A stretch of DNA of 64,000 bases from Eledone cirrhosa. Taxonomy: Eukaryota. Under the pieces are notes generated by a model. The model was not told the DNA's origin. It saw only the letters and a program-made list of their open reading frames with translations, and made no database searches. Below are positions 30,001 through 41,456 of this stretch, one piece after another (positions within the stretch are counted from its first letter, which is position 1; the number at the start of each line of letters is the position of its first letter). The position numbers and the translations under genes are program-made. Location of the stretch: assembly GCA_964016885.1 (NCBI GenBank), contig OZ024757.1, forward strand, positions 11,098,001 to 11,162,000, in the 5' to 3' direction.

Positions 30001-33000
30001 ATTATAACATATAACCCTATCAGTGAAGCCCTTTAGTATAGGTCAACTGGGGAATTATAACATATAACCCTATCAGTCAAGCCCTTTAGCATAGGTCAAT
30101 TGGGAAATTATAACATATATAACCCTATCAGTGAAGCCCTTTAGTATAGGTCAACTGGGGAATTATAACACATATAACCTTATCAGTGAAACCCTTTAGT
30201 ATAGGCCAACTGGGGAATTATAACATATAACCCTATCAGTGAAGTCCTTTAGTATAGGTCAACTGGGGAATTATAACACAACCCTTTCAGTGAAACCCTT
30301 TAGTATAGGTCAAATGGGAAATTATAACACAACCCTTTCAGTGCAGCCCTTTAGTATAGGTCAACTGGGGAATTATAACATATATAACCCAATCAGTGAA
30401 GGCTTTAGTTTAGGTCAACTGGGGAATTATAACACATATAACCCTATCAGTGAAGCCCTTTAGTATATGTCAAACGGGGACATATAACATATAACCTTAT
30501 CAGTGAAGCTCTTTAATATAGGTCAACTGGGGAATTATAACATATACGACCCTATCAGTGAAGTCCTTTAGTATAGGGCAACTGGGTGATTATAACATAT
30601 AACCCTATCAGTGAAGCCCTTTAGTATAGGTCAACTGGGGAATTATAACATATAACCCTATCAGTGAAGCCCTTTAGGATAGGTCAACTGTGAAATTATA
30701 ACACATATAATGCTATCAGTGAAGACCTTTAGTATAGGTCAACTGGGAAATTATATCATATATAACCCTATCAGTGAAGCCATTTAGTATAGGTCAACTG
30801 GGGAATTATAACACAACCCTATCAGTGATGCCCTTTAGTATAGGTCAACAGGGGAATTACAACATATAACCATATCAGTGAAGCCCTTTAATATAGTTCA
30901 ACTGGGAAATTATAACATATATAACCCTATAAGTGAAGCCCTTTAGTATAGGTCAACTGGGGAATTATAACACAACCCTATCAGTGAAGCCCTTTAGTAT
31001 AGGTCAACTGGGGAATTATAACATATACAACCCTATCAGTGAAGCCCTTTAATATAGGTCAACTGGGGAATTATAAAATATAACCCTATCGGTGAAGCCT
31101 TTTAGTATAGGTCAACTGGGGAATTATAACACAACCCTTTCAGTGAAACCCTTTAGTATAGGTCAAATGGGAAATTATAACACAACCCTTTCAGTGCAGC
31201 CCTTTAGTATAGGTCAACTGGGGAATTATAACATATATAACCCTATCAGGGAAGCCTTTAGTATAGGTCAACTGGGGGATTATATGACATATAACCCTAT
31301 CAGTGAAGCCCTTTAGTATAGGTCAACTGGGGAATTATAACAAATATAAACCTATCAGTGAAGCCCTTTAGTATAGGTCAACTGGGAAATTATATCATAT
31401 ATAACCCTATCAGTGAAGCCCTTTAGTATAGGTCAACTGGGGAATTGTAACATATATAACCCTATCACTGAAGCCGTTTAGTATAGGTCAACTGGGGAAT
31501 TATAACATATAACCCTATCAGTGAAGCCCTTTAGGATAGGTCAACTCTAGAATTATAACATATAATCCTATCAGTGAAGCCCTTTAGTATAGGTCAACTG
31601 GGTATTGTAACAGAACCCTATCAGTGAATCCCTTTAGTATAGGTCAACTGGGGAATTATAACATATAACCCTATCAGTGAAGCCCTTTAGTATAGGTCAA
31701 CTAGGGGATTATAACATATAACCATATCAGTGAAGCCCTTTAGTAGGGGTCAACTGGGGAATTATAACAAAACCCTATCAGTGAAGCCCTTTAGTATAGG
31801 TCAACTGGGGAATTATAACACATATAACCCTATCAGTGAAGCCCTTTCGTATAGGTCAACTGGGGAATTATAACATATATAACCCTATCAGTGAAGCCCT
31901 TTAGTATAGGTCAACTGGGGAATTATAAAATATAACCCTATCAGTGAAGCCCTTTAGTATAGATCAACTGGGGAATTATAACATATTACCCTATCAGTGA
32001 AGCCCTTTAGGATAGGTCAACTCTAGAATTATAACATATAACCCTATCAGTGAAGCCCTTTAGTATAGGTCAACTGGGGAATTATAACATATAACCCTAT
32101 CAGCGAAGCCCATTAGTATAGGTCAACTACGGGATTATAACATATAACCATATCAGTGAAGCCCTTTAGTATAGGTCAACTGGGAAATTATAACATATAT
32201 AACCCTATCAGTGAAGCCCTTTAGTATAGGTCAACTGGGGAATTATAACACATATAACCCTATCAGTGAAGCCCTTTAGTATAGGTCAACTGGGGAATTA
32301 TGACATTTATAACCCTATCAGTGTAGCCCTTTAGTATAGGTCAACTGGGGAATTATAACATATACCCTATCACTGAAGCCCTTTAGTATAGGTCAACTGG
32401 GAAATTGTAACATATAACCCTATCAGTGAAGCCCTTTAGTATAGGTTAACTGGGAAATTATAACATATAACCCTATCAGTGAAGCCCTTTAATATAGATC
32501 AACTGGGGAATTATCACACATATAACCCTATTAGTGAAGCTCTTTAGTATAGGTCAACTGGGGAATTATAACACAACCCTGTCAGTGAAGCCTTTAGTAT
32601 AGGTCAACTGGTGAATTATAACATATAACCCTATCAGTGAAGCCCTTTGGTATAGGTCAACTAGGGAATTATAACATATAACCCTATCAGTGAAGCCCTT
32701 TAGCATAGGTCAACTGGGGAATTATAACACATATAACCCTATCAGTGAAGCCCTTTAGTATAGGTCAACTGGGGAATTATATCATATAACCCTATAAGTG
32801 AAGCCCTTTAGTATAGGTCAACTGGGGAATTATAACATATAACCCTATCAGTGAAGCCATTTAGTATAGGTCAACTGGGGAATTATAACACATATAACCC
32901 TATCAGTGAAGCCATTTAGTATAGGTCAACTGGGGAATTATAACATATAACCCTATCAGTGAAGCCATTTAGTATAGGTCAACTGGGGAATTATAACATA

Positions 33001-33516
33001 TAACCCTATCAGTGAAGCCATTTAGTATAGGTCAACTGGGGAATTATAACATATAACCCTATCAGTGAAGCCATTTAGTATAGGTCAACTGGGGAATTAT
33101 AACATATATAAACCTATCAGTGAAGCCCTTTAGTATAGATCAACTGGGGAATTATAACATATAACCCTATCAGTGTAGCCCTTTAGTATACGTCAACTGG
33201 GGAATTATAACATATAACCCTATCAGTGTAGCCCTTTAGTATACGTCAACTGGGGAATTATAACATATAACCCTATCAGTGAAGCCCTTTAGTATAGGTC
33301 AACTGGGGAATTATAACATATAACCCTATCAGTGAAGCCCTTTAGTATAGGTCAACTGGGGAATTATAACATATAACCCTATCAGTGAAGCCCTTTAGTA
33401 TAGGTCAACTGGGGAATTATAACATATAACCCTATCAGTGAAGCCCTTTAGTATAGGTCAATTGGGGAATTATAACATATAACCCTATCAGTGAAGCCCT
33501 TTAGTATAGGTCAACT
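1..33516. repeat. Satellite array, ~53-bp monomer (51/53/55-bp variants), open at the left window edge
   Basis: Consensus CCCTATCAGTGAAGCCCTTTAGTATAGGTCAACTGGGGAATTATAACATATAA repeats head-to-tail, about 630 copies by length/unit. Length variants arise in the (CA/TA) spacer. The array ends abruptly after ...GGTCAACT at 33516. Confidence 0.99.
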
Positions 33517-33584
33517 AACAGATGTATTACGGGTAAGGAAAAAATTCTAAATAAGCCTACGAGGTAAAAATTAAAAACAGTCAT

Positions 33585-33650
33585 CGTGGGCCACTCTGAC
33601 TGGTTTGTTGGACTTGATTGTGGCCTGTGGGCCGCCTGTTGCACGCCCCT
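33585..33650. mobile_element. Degenerate hAT/Charlie-type MITE terminus (tentative)
   Basis: GTGGGCC...GGCCTGTGGGCCGCCTGTTGCACGCCCCTC resembles the GCGGGCCG subterminal repeats and ...CCCCTG end of hAT MITEs. No partner end was found. Confidence 0.35.
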
Positions 33651-33964
33651 CTTTTAGACAGAATATCTTTGACTATTAAGTAATACTGTGAACTGTCGGC
33701 CAACTACATTTTCCAGCCTGTGGCGTTTGGGGGAGTCGGGCTACTGACTGCGAGATTCCTATCTTCACTCGCGGCTCATCTAACAGAAGTGACTGGTGAA
33801 GATCGTGAGGGCGCTTTGTTGTTCTAGCCTCGCCATAGCTGGTGGTAACGCTGCAGACTTGCTGGCTTGCCTCAAAAATCATTACAGATGTTTCCCAGTG
33901 CTCCTCACGATACTGTTATCTTTTGCTCTAGTAGCAGCTCGTTTGTCCACCCCTTTCACCGGCC

Positions 33965-34570
33965 TGTTGTTGTATGTTGTCCTAGATGTATGTATTACCT
34001 GCTTGTGTGTTCTATGTGGTCCTAGATGTATGTATTACCTGGTTATGTGTTGTATGTGGTCCTAGATGTATGTATTACCTGCTTGTGTGTTGTATGTGGT
34101 CCTAGATGTATGTATTAACTGCTTGTGTGTTGTATGTGGTTCTAGATGTATGTATTACCTGGTTATGTGTTGTATGTGGTCCTAGATGTGTGTATTACCT
34201 GGTTATGTGTTGTATGTGGTCCTAGATGTGTGTATTACCTGGTTATGTGTTGTATGTGGTCCTAGATGTATGTATTACCTGCTTGTGTGTTGTATGTGGT
34301 TCTAGATGTATGTATTACTTGGTTATGTGTTGCATGTGGTCCTAGATTTATGTATTACCTGCTTGTGTGTTGTATGTGGTCCTACATGTATGTATTACCT
34401 GCTTGTGTGTTGTATGTGGTCCTAGATGTATGTATTACCTGCTTGTGTGTTGTATGTGGTCCAAAATGTAGGTGCTACCTGGTTATGTGTTGTATGTGGT
34501 CTTAGATATGTGTACTACCTGCTACCTGGTTATGTGTTGTATGTGGTCCCAAATGTGTGTGCTACCCGCT
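33965..34570. repeat. 40-bp minisatellite, ~15 copies
   Basis: Unit TGTGTTGTATGTGGTCCTAGATGTATGTATTACCTG(C/G)TT(G/A). CCTAGATGTA recurs at 33981, 34021, 34061. The Cys/Val-rich ORFs here are artefacts of the repeat. Confidence 0.95.
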
Positions 34571-35036
34571 TCTGTGTTTTGTTTTGTTTCTTCTTTCTCT
34601 CTTCCGAGAAACAATCCTTTATTTTTAAAATCTATTCCACGTGTTAAGTAATTATCAGCAGCAACAAACTGATTTTCAGTTGTAAAAAGAATCTTTAAAC
34701 CTCCCCCATTTACATTAACACATACCATACATTGTCCTAGCCACAAATAAACGGTTAAAAAACTCACTTTGCGGTTAAATTCTTCACAAATAAAAGAAAA
34801 ATATTTCTAACACATGTTTCTCGAGAACACCAAGTTTACACCTTCAATATCAATAGAAGTAAAAACAAATTCTGGACATATTTAACGAAACGAAACTTTG
34901 TAAAGAAAAACGAAAAATAAACGAAGGCAAATAGTAAATTTTAATTTTTATTCAATAAAATACCAGTAATTCACTGGTTCGATTTAATCAACTTTCCTCT
35001 TTGCACAAAAAAAGAAAAAAATTCCTAACTTTGTGA

Positions 35037-35228
35037 ATATATAGAGAGGGGGGGAGTTTGGTGTTACTTAATATAGAGAGGGGTAATGGGAGAGAGTGCC
35101 GTTTATTAGATATAGAGAGGGGGAGAGTTTGGTGTAACTTGATATAAAGAGGGGGATTGGAAGAGAGTTCTGTGTAGTGGATATAGAGAGGGGGAGAGTT
35201 TGGTGGTAATTCATATAGAGAGGGGGAT
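35037..35228. repeat. Short degenerate G-rich minisatellite (ATATAGAGAGGGGGAGAGTTTGGTG...), ~6 copies
   Basis: ATATAGAGAGGGG recurs about every 31-39 bp. Confidence 0.75.
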
Positions 35229-35290
35229 TTTCCCCCTCCCCAATTCAGAAATGCTTCCACCTCCCTGTATATATTATATATATATATATA

Positions 35291-35625
35291 TTTAAAAGTT
35301 AAACAAGGTTCAATGAATAAATCAAAGAATGAGTTTTACAATAGATTGGAAGCACTCAACAGTTTGGTTTCCAGAGTTAATAATATTAATTCAAAATATT
35401 AACAAAATAGATATTCTTATGATCAAGTATATTTTATTATACATATTTCAGAGGTACTGAAAATGACTGAATCTTAACCATATACTATGTCAGGGTATGT
35501 CATCCATAATATTATTTTATCTGATGAGGACGTACTGTTGTAGTTAACTCAGTACCTCTGAAATATGTATAATAAAATATACTTGATCACAAGAATATCT
35601 ATTTTGTTAATATTTTGAATTTATA
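35291..35625. mobile_element. Non-coding palindromic Penelope-pLTR-like element, copy 1, in (TA)n
   Basis: 35385-35460 is the reverse complement of 35549-35625, and the element contains a hammerhead motif. The whole element is an inverted homologue of 41196-41599 with unrelated flanks. Confidence 0.75.
35513..35579 (+). ncRNA. Minimal type I hammerhead ribozyme motif
   Basis: TATTTTAT-CTGATGA-GGACGTACTG[12 nt]CAGTACCTCT-GAAA-TATGTA-TA-ATAAAATA. Stem I is 8 bp, the core is intact, stem II pairs 9/10 and stem III is short and near-palindromic. Predicted cleavage after A35571. Confidence 0.8.
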
Positions 35626-36331
35626 TTATATATATATATATATATATTATACACACACAGACATATATATATATTTATATATTATATATATAGTAAATAA
35701 ACATGTGTGTGCGTGTATCAGTTGTCCCGACCGTTTCTGCTACATGCCCCTCCTCAATCTAAATTATATTTATGTCCCCCTTTAATATAAAAAGAAAGAG
35801 AGTCCTGTAAAGGTGTTATTACTGTAATATAAAGTAGAAACCCTTTATTTAAACTAAGCTAAGATGCAACGATGATCAAAACAAACCCCAAAGTCTAAAC
35901 AAACTTCTCGTAGGTGCTGCCAGATACACGTTAACATGTGTAGACGAAGTGTAACTGGAAGTTGGGTCGTATTATATCACTTTCAAATTGACCCCTATTA
36001 TATTCAAATTAACCCCCAATGGGGCATGTACCCCACGTTGGGAATCCCTGATATATAAATATATGTGAATATGTTGCTGTGACTGCTATTTCTAGCAGGT
36101 TTGCTGCTGTCCTGTAGAGGCACAACACAGACCGGAAGTGGCAACTATTAAAAAACTTTAGCTTAAAATCAGTGAAAATATTTTAAACAATAGAAAATTT
36201 AATGTAAACAAACCAGGGTGTAAACGGAAAAAATGAAACGAAATTTCATTTCTCACTCTTAGTACGGCTGTTACTTAAATATAAGTATGTATACGTACAT
36301 ACATATATGTATACAGACGTACAGTAGTATG

Positions 36332-36567
36332 TGTTACACGTGCATACCTATGTGTATGCGTAGATATACATAACAATGAATACATCCCCACTATTAGTAC
36401 TATTTTGTTAAGCGCATCTAGTAAACAGTAGGAACTGTGTCTAAGGCGGATACGCACAGTATGTATCACTCCGCTAAAACATGACAAGTAAATAAACACG
36501 TAGAATCATGCCAACGCCTTCAGTGAGTTGTTTGTTATCCCAGCACGAACCACAAGAATAGATAACA
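36332..36567 (+). repeat. 5' LTR (236 bp)
   Basis: TGTTACACG...ATAACA with TGTTA/TAACA termini and an internal AATAAA. Six substitutions versus the 3' LTR by eye. Confidence 0.97.
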
Positions 36568-36585
36568 TGGTGGCAGCGGTGGGAT
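36568..36585 (+). promoter_or_regulatory. Primer-binding site complementary to tRNA-Leu (AAG/TAG type)
   Basis: TGGTGGCAGCGGTGGGAT directly follows the LTR and is the reverse complement of the metazoan tRNA-Leu 3' end ATCCCACCGCTGCCA+CCA. Confidence 0.9.
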
Positions 36586-36705
36586 GTTTGAGCCCTCAGG
36601 TCTTTCACTTTTCTCACATGATAAACAGGAAATGGAAGGACTAAGTGTAAAGGTCCACCACATTGTTAATGTGACAAACACAAAGCTGGAACAAATCAAA
36701 GAGGA

Positions 36706-39146
36706 GACCCAAGAGATCTGAACATGGCATTAAAATGAGATTACTACCCAATTCCAACCCTTGAAGAAATCACACCATCATTAGCTGGATCCAAGATATT
36801 CAGCAAACTGGATGCCAGTAATGGGTACTGGAATGTAAAGATAGACAAAGAATCATCGATGCTAACTACCTTCAACACACCATTTGGCAGATACCGATTC
36901 AACCGACTCCCATTTGGATTGAAGGTGAGCCAAGATGTTTTCCAGCGCCAAATAGATGAGGCCTACCAAGGCTGCAAGGGAGCAATTGGGATAGCAGACG
37001 ATATCCAAGTGCATGGCAAGGATGAGATCACACATGACTTCAATTTACATGAAACTACGGAGAAAACCCGACAAGCAGGTATCAAACTCAATGTAGACAA
37101 GTGTGTGATCAAAGCAAAAGAGTGCACATTTTTGGGAATGATATACTCTGCAGAGGGAGTGAAACCAGACCCCGCTAAAGTGGAAGCCATCAGTGACATC
37201 AGAGAACCCAAAGATAAGAAGGAACTCAGAAGCTTCCTGGGACTCATCCACTATATGGGAGCCTTCATACCTAAGCTGGCCGATCACACTGCAAACCTCC
37301 GAGAGCTAATGAAAGATGACATAAAGTTTGATTGGTGTGCTTCGCACACACAGGATTTCAATGCAATCAAAAAGCTCATCAGTAAGGAGACAACTCTGTA
37401 GTGCTATGATAGATGCAAACCAGTAACACTCCAAGTTGATGCTTCTATGAGAGGAGTTGGCGCAGCGTTGATACAAGAAGGTAAACCTATTGCATATGCC
37501 TCGAAAGCTCTCTCACCCACAGAGACAAGGTATGCAAACATTGAAAGGGAACTCCTGGCAGTAGTATATGGCTGTGAAAAGTGTCACACATACCTGTATG
37601 GCAGATATTTCAATATTGAGTCAGACCATCGCCCGCTAGAACAAATATCCAATAAAAAAAACTCACAAAAGCACCAGCCAGACTGCAAAGGTTACTGTTG
37701 AGGCTCCAAAAATATGACTACAATATCAGGTACAAGCCAGGAAAGGACCAGATATTGGCGGATGCTCTTTCCAGACTATCCTCACATGATAAACAGGAAA
37801 TGGAAGGACTAAGTGTAAAGGTCCACCACATTGTAAATGTGACAAACACAAAGCTGGAACAAATCAAAGAGGAGACCAGCAAAGATGAAGAACTCCAGCT
37901 CCTTACTCAGATGGTGATTCAGGGGTGGCCAGAGAAGAGACATCAGGTGCAGCCCCTCATTCGTGAATATTGGGCCATCCATGATGACATATCAGTGGAG
38001 AATGGAATCCTGATGGCTGGATCCCGAATAATTATGCCCAAATCAATGCAAAAAGAGATTCTTGTCAAGATCCACCAAGGACTTCTGGGAATGGAAAAAT
38101 GCAAACTCCGAGCCAAGTCAGCTGTATATTGGATAGGTATGTACAAAGACATAGAAAAGATGGTTTCTACATGCCACATCTGTCAAAAGTACAGAAACTC
38201 ACAACAAAAGGAGGAAATGATATCCAGTGACATTCCAAGAAGGCCATGGCAAACTATTGGAGTAGATCTGTTCACAGAGAACCAAGAATGGTACTTGAAT
38301 ATGGTCTGCTACTACTCCAAATTTCCATTTGTGAGAAAAGTGAAAGACCTGAGGGCCAAAACAATAACTACAGTGGTTCGAGGACTCCTAGCAGAGCAAG
38401 GAATACCAGAGCAGATCATATGTGACAATGGAACCCAGTTCACATCTCAGGATTTCAAAAAGCTAGCCGATGAGTATGGGTTCAACATTATAACCTCATC
38501 TCCACACTACTCCAAAGGCCATGGATTCATAGAAAGACAGGTGCAGACAGTCAAGAGAACACTAGTCAAATGCCGAGAAACTAAGGAAGACCCACACCTG
38601 GCACTTCTGTCCCTACGAGCGACACCACTGAGGACTGACATGAAATCCCCAGCGGAAATGCTGAATGGCAGGAAATACAAAACCACCCTGCCAACTAAGA
38701 TCCAACCTCCTATTGACCAGGAAGAGACAAGGGCAAAGCTAGCAGCCACTCAAGAACAAGCACAGAAATATTACAACAAACTTGCACAATACTTACCTGA
38801 GATACTTGGAGGACAGCATGTGCATACACAAGATCCTATAACCAAAACATGGATCCCAGCACAAGTTGTCAGTAGAGCCGAAACTCCAAGATCATATATC
38901 ATAGAAACTGAATCTGGTAGGCAGCTGAGACGTAACAGGGCCCATATCCGCCCAACACCAAAGCTATCGAAGATAACATGCGCAACACCCACAGCAGATG
39001 ACGACACACACAGAATCCGTGCTTCCACAGAATCATCACCCCAACGAGCACCAACCACCTATCAGCAGCCCAACAACACATCTCAGACACCAGTGCAGAG
39101 CACAAGATCCACCAGATGGCGACCGAACATTTTACCACCAATTTGA
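36706..39146 (+). pseudogene. pol: pol (RT, RNase H, integrase), disrupted
   Basis: RT: DPRDLN, FSKLDASNGYW, RLPFGLK, GIADDI. RNase H: VDASMRGVGA, IERELLAVV, ESDHRPL. Integrase: HxxxL..CxxC, GVDLF, CDNGTQF, IERQV. Stops near 36736 and at 37399, and a frameshift in the A-run near 37655. Confidence 0.95.
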
Positions 39147-39337
39147 TACCGTTAAAAGAAAAAAAAAAAAGAAAAAAATCTATTTCTGCTAGATTAGGAA
39201 GCAGAAAACCACGTGTGTGGGCAGAATAATCTCGCGGTTTCTGCTGCAGGATTGCCACCCTTGCGCTGACAATCCATTAGTGTAAGGGAGATTACTTCTA
39301 CTTTTTTTTTTCATTGCCAAAAGATCCTTTTTTTCAC

Positions 39338-39347
39338 GAAGAAGGGA
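39338..39347 (+). promoter_or_regulatory. Polypurine tract
   Basis: GAAGAAGGGA abuts the TG of the 3' LTR. Confidence 0.85.
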
Positions 39348-39583
39348 TGTTACACGTTCATACCTATGTGTATGCGTAGATATACATAACAATGAATACA
39401 TCCCCACTATTAGTACTATTTTGTTAAGCGCATCTAGCAAACAGTAGGAACTGTGTCTAAGGCGGATACGCACAGTATGTATCACTCCGCTAAAACATGC
39501 CAACTAAATAAACACGTAGAATCATGCCAACGCCTTCAGTGAGTTGTTTATTATCCCAGCACGAACCACAAGAATACATAACA
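39348..39583 (+). repeat. 3' LTR (236 bp)
   Basis: Direct repeat of 36332-36567. Confidence 0.97.
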
Positions 39584-39823
39584 TATATATACAACATATA
39601 TGTAATGTTATTTATATATATATATATAAAACATATATGTAATGTTATTTATATATATATATATATAACATATCTGTAATGTTATTTATATATATATATA
39701 TGAAACATATATGTAATGTTATTTATATATATATATATATATAACATATTTGTAATGTTATTTATATATATATATAACATATCTGTAATGTTATTTATAT
39801 ATATATAAAACATATATGTAATG

Positions 39824-39864
<41 letters not shown>

Positions 39865-40838
39865 ATGTAATGTTATTTATATATATTGTTATACTTGGGG
39901 AGGGTCATATGTGTGTGATATTGCCAGAATTAATAACAGAACACACTCACTGTTTGGTTGGTTTTCGCTTCTCGCTTCTGTGTCTTTTATATCGGTAATC
40001 TAACTTACTCGGTCCTCAATGTTGCCGTTGACGGTCAAAAATAATACAGATACAATATAGACACAAACACATATATATAGTTTATCATAAATCTTTCGTT
40101 GCACATCTGCAACATCGTCAGTGGTGCTATCATTTCCTCCTGTTGTATTGTATGTCTACGCCATTTTTATTCAGTCTGTCTATATATTTATTTATTTATT
40201 TGCTTGTTTGTTTATTTTATTTTGTCTTCTTTGCGCATGCGCTTGCGTGTGTGTATAGTGTTTTGTTTGCTGTGTGATGGGTGACTAGTGTGTGTTTATG
40301 TGCTTGTTGTTAGTGTGCTTGTGTATGTATTTATTTATTTATTTATTTTATTTTATTTACTTATTTATACTTCTCTTAGGTCAGTGTTGTTTGGGTGGTG
40401 TTGTTATTCCATTCATTCTTTCTGTTTAGTCTTGGTCTTCTAATTTCTATTTCACTGGTCTCTGTATTATTTTTGACCGTCGGTCAGTCAATGGCAACAT
40501 TGAGGACCGAGTAAGTTAGATTACCGAAATAAAAGACAGAAGCGAGAAGCGAAAACCAACCAAACAGTGAGTGTGTTCTGTTATTAATTCTGGCAATATT
40601 ACACAAATATGACCCTCCGCAAGTATAACAATATTTGTTTCGACACACGATTTCATATAAAAAACCTCGCAAAACTAATAATATTTATATATATATATAT
40701 ATATAAAACATATCTGTAATGTTATTTATATATATATATGTAAATAACATATTTGTAATGTTATTCAATTGAAATTTAAACTTAAAGGTGTAGTAATTCC
40801 ACAAATGTTTTTCTATCTTTAAATAATTAGATACTTAT
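39584..40838 (+). repeat. AACATAT(A/T/C)TGTAATGTTATTTA(TA)n minisatellite plus 90-bp unique segment (left arm), interrupted by 39884-40685
   Basis: About 11 units with variable (TA)n spacers. 40749-40838 matches the reverse complement of 53542-53631. Confidence 0.85.
39884..40685. mobile_element. ~800-bp non-coding element with ~167-bp inverted repeats and a one-sided ~50-bp extension (MITE-like or non-autonomous Penelope-like)
   Basis: 39884-40050 is the reverse complement of 40461-40633 with a few substitutions and small indels. It is inserted in a (TA)n spacer of the minisatellite. Confidence 0.75.
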
Positions 40839-40867
40839 TTATATAATTGTAAATACAAGTGCCACAG

Positions 40868-40901
<34 letters not shown>

Positions 40902-41243
40902 CATGCTAGAGTCCCAGAGAACGAGAGAAGAATGAAGGACAGGTATATGCATGGTAGAAATAGCAGCCAAAGCCCAGCAAAGTACAGAATGAAGAACACA
41001 CACACTCCCTCTCTCTTTCTCTCTCTCACATACACACATATATATTTATGTTTGCATGTATGTATAATGTTAATGGAATTATGTAATAAAATGAAGATGT
41101 ACAAATAAAACTGTCTCTCTTATTTATTGCACTGACACTTCGATTGATACCTTACTGAGAAAATCCTAATCGTGCTTTACTATATATATATATATATATT
41201 AATTCAAAATATTAACAAAAATAGACATTCGTGTGATCAAGTA

Positions 41244-41310
41244 TATTTTATTATACATATTTCAGAGTTACTGAGCTATCTTCAACAGCACGTCCTCATC
41301 AGATAAAATA
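41244..41310 (-). ncRNA. Minimal type I hammerhead ribozyme motif (minus strand)
   Basis: Reverse complement reads TATTTTAT-CTGATGA-GGACGTGCTG[12]CAGTAACTCT-GAAA-TATGTA-TA-ATAAAATA. The core is intact and stem II has two mismatches. Confidence 0.7.
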
Positions 41311-41389
41311 AGATGAAGGATGACATACCCTGACATAGTAGATGGTTAAGATTCAGTCATGGTATGTCAGGGTATGTCATGCATCATCT

Positions 41390-41456
41390 TATTTTATCTG
41401 ATGAGGAAGTACTGTTGAAGATAGCTCAGTACCTCTGAAATATGTATAATAAAATA
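41390..41456 (+). ncRNA. Minimal type I hammerhead ribozyme motif
   Basis: TATTTTAT-CTGATGA-GGAAGTACTG[12]CAGTACCTCT-GAAA-TATGTA-TA-ATAAAATA. Predicted cleavage after A41448. Confidence 0.8.

Larger units (their letters stand above)
36332..39583 (+). mobile_element. Ty3/gypsy LTR retrotransposon (Mag-like), internally deleted, non-autonomous
   Basis: Two 236-bp TG...CA LTRs, a tRNA-Leu PBS, RT-RNaseH-integrase order and a PPT. No gag or protease is present. Confidence 0.97.

Noticed and set aside
469-31316. Short MKPFSIGQLGNY ORFs
   Set aside because: They are chance read-through of consecutive 51-bp monomers. The 53/55-bp units break the frame.
1-33516. CRISPR-like array or tet operator array (CCCTATCAGTGA equals 12 nt of tetO)
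   Set aside because: There are no unique spacers or cas genes, the second tetO arm (TAGAGA) is absent and the context is eukaryotic. The match is coincidental.
1-33516. Hammerhead in the satellite (minus-strand CTGATAG)
   Set aside because: It is not CTGANGA, and no GAAA box or stems follow.
33676-33960. Host exon or Tc1 N-terminal remnant
   Set aside because: There is only a faint resemblance (RAATRAKDNSIVRS) with stops. It cannot be supported without a search.
36015-36050. hAT-like end (...GTTGGGAATCCCTG), also ...CCACCTCCCTG near 35267
   Set aside because: No matching opposite TIR or 8-bp TSD was found, so the element cannot be delimited.
40497-40535. TTGAGGA...GAAA as a hammerhead
   Set aside because: Both arms have T instead of C3, one has GATA instead of GAAA, and there is no stem III or UH.
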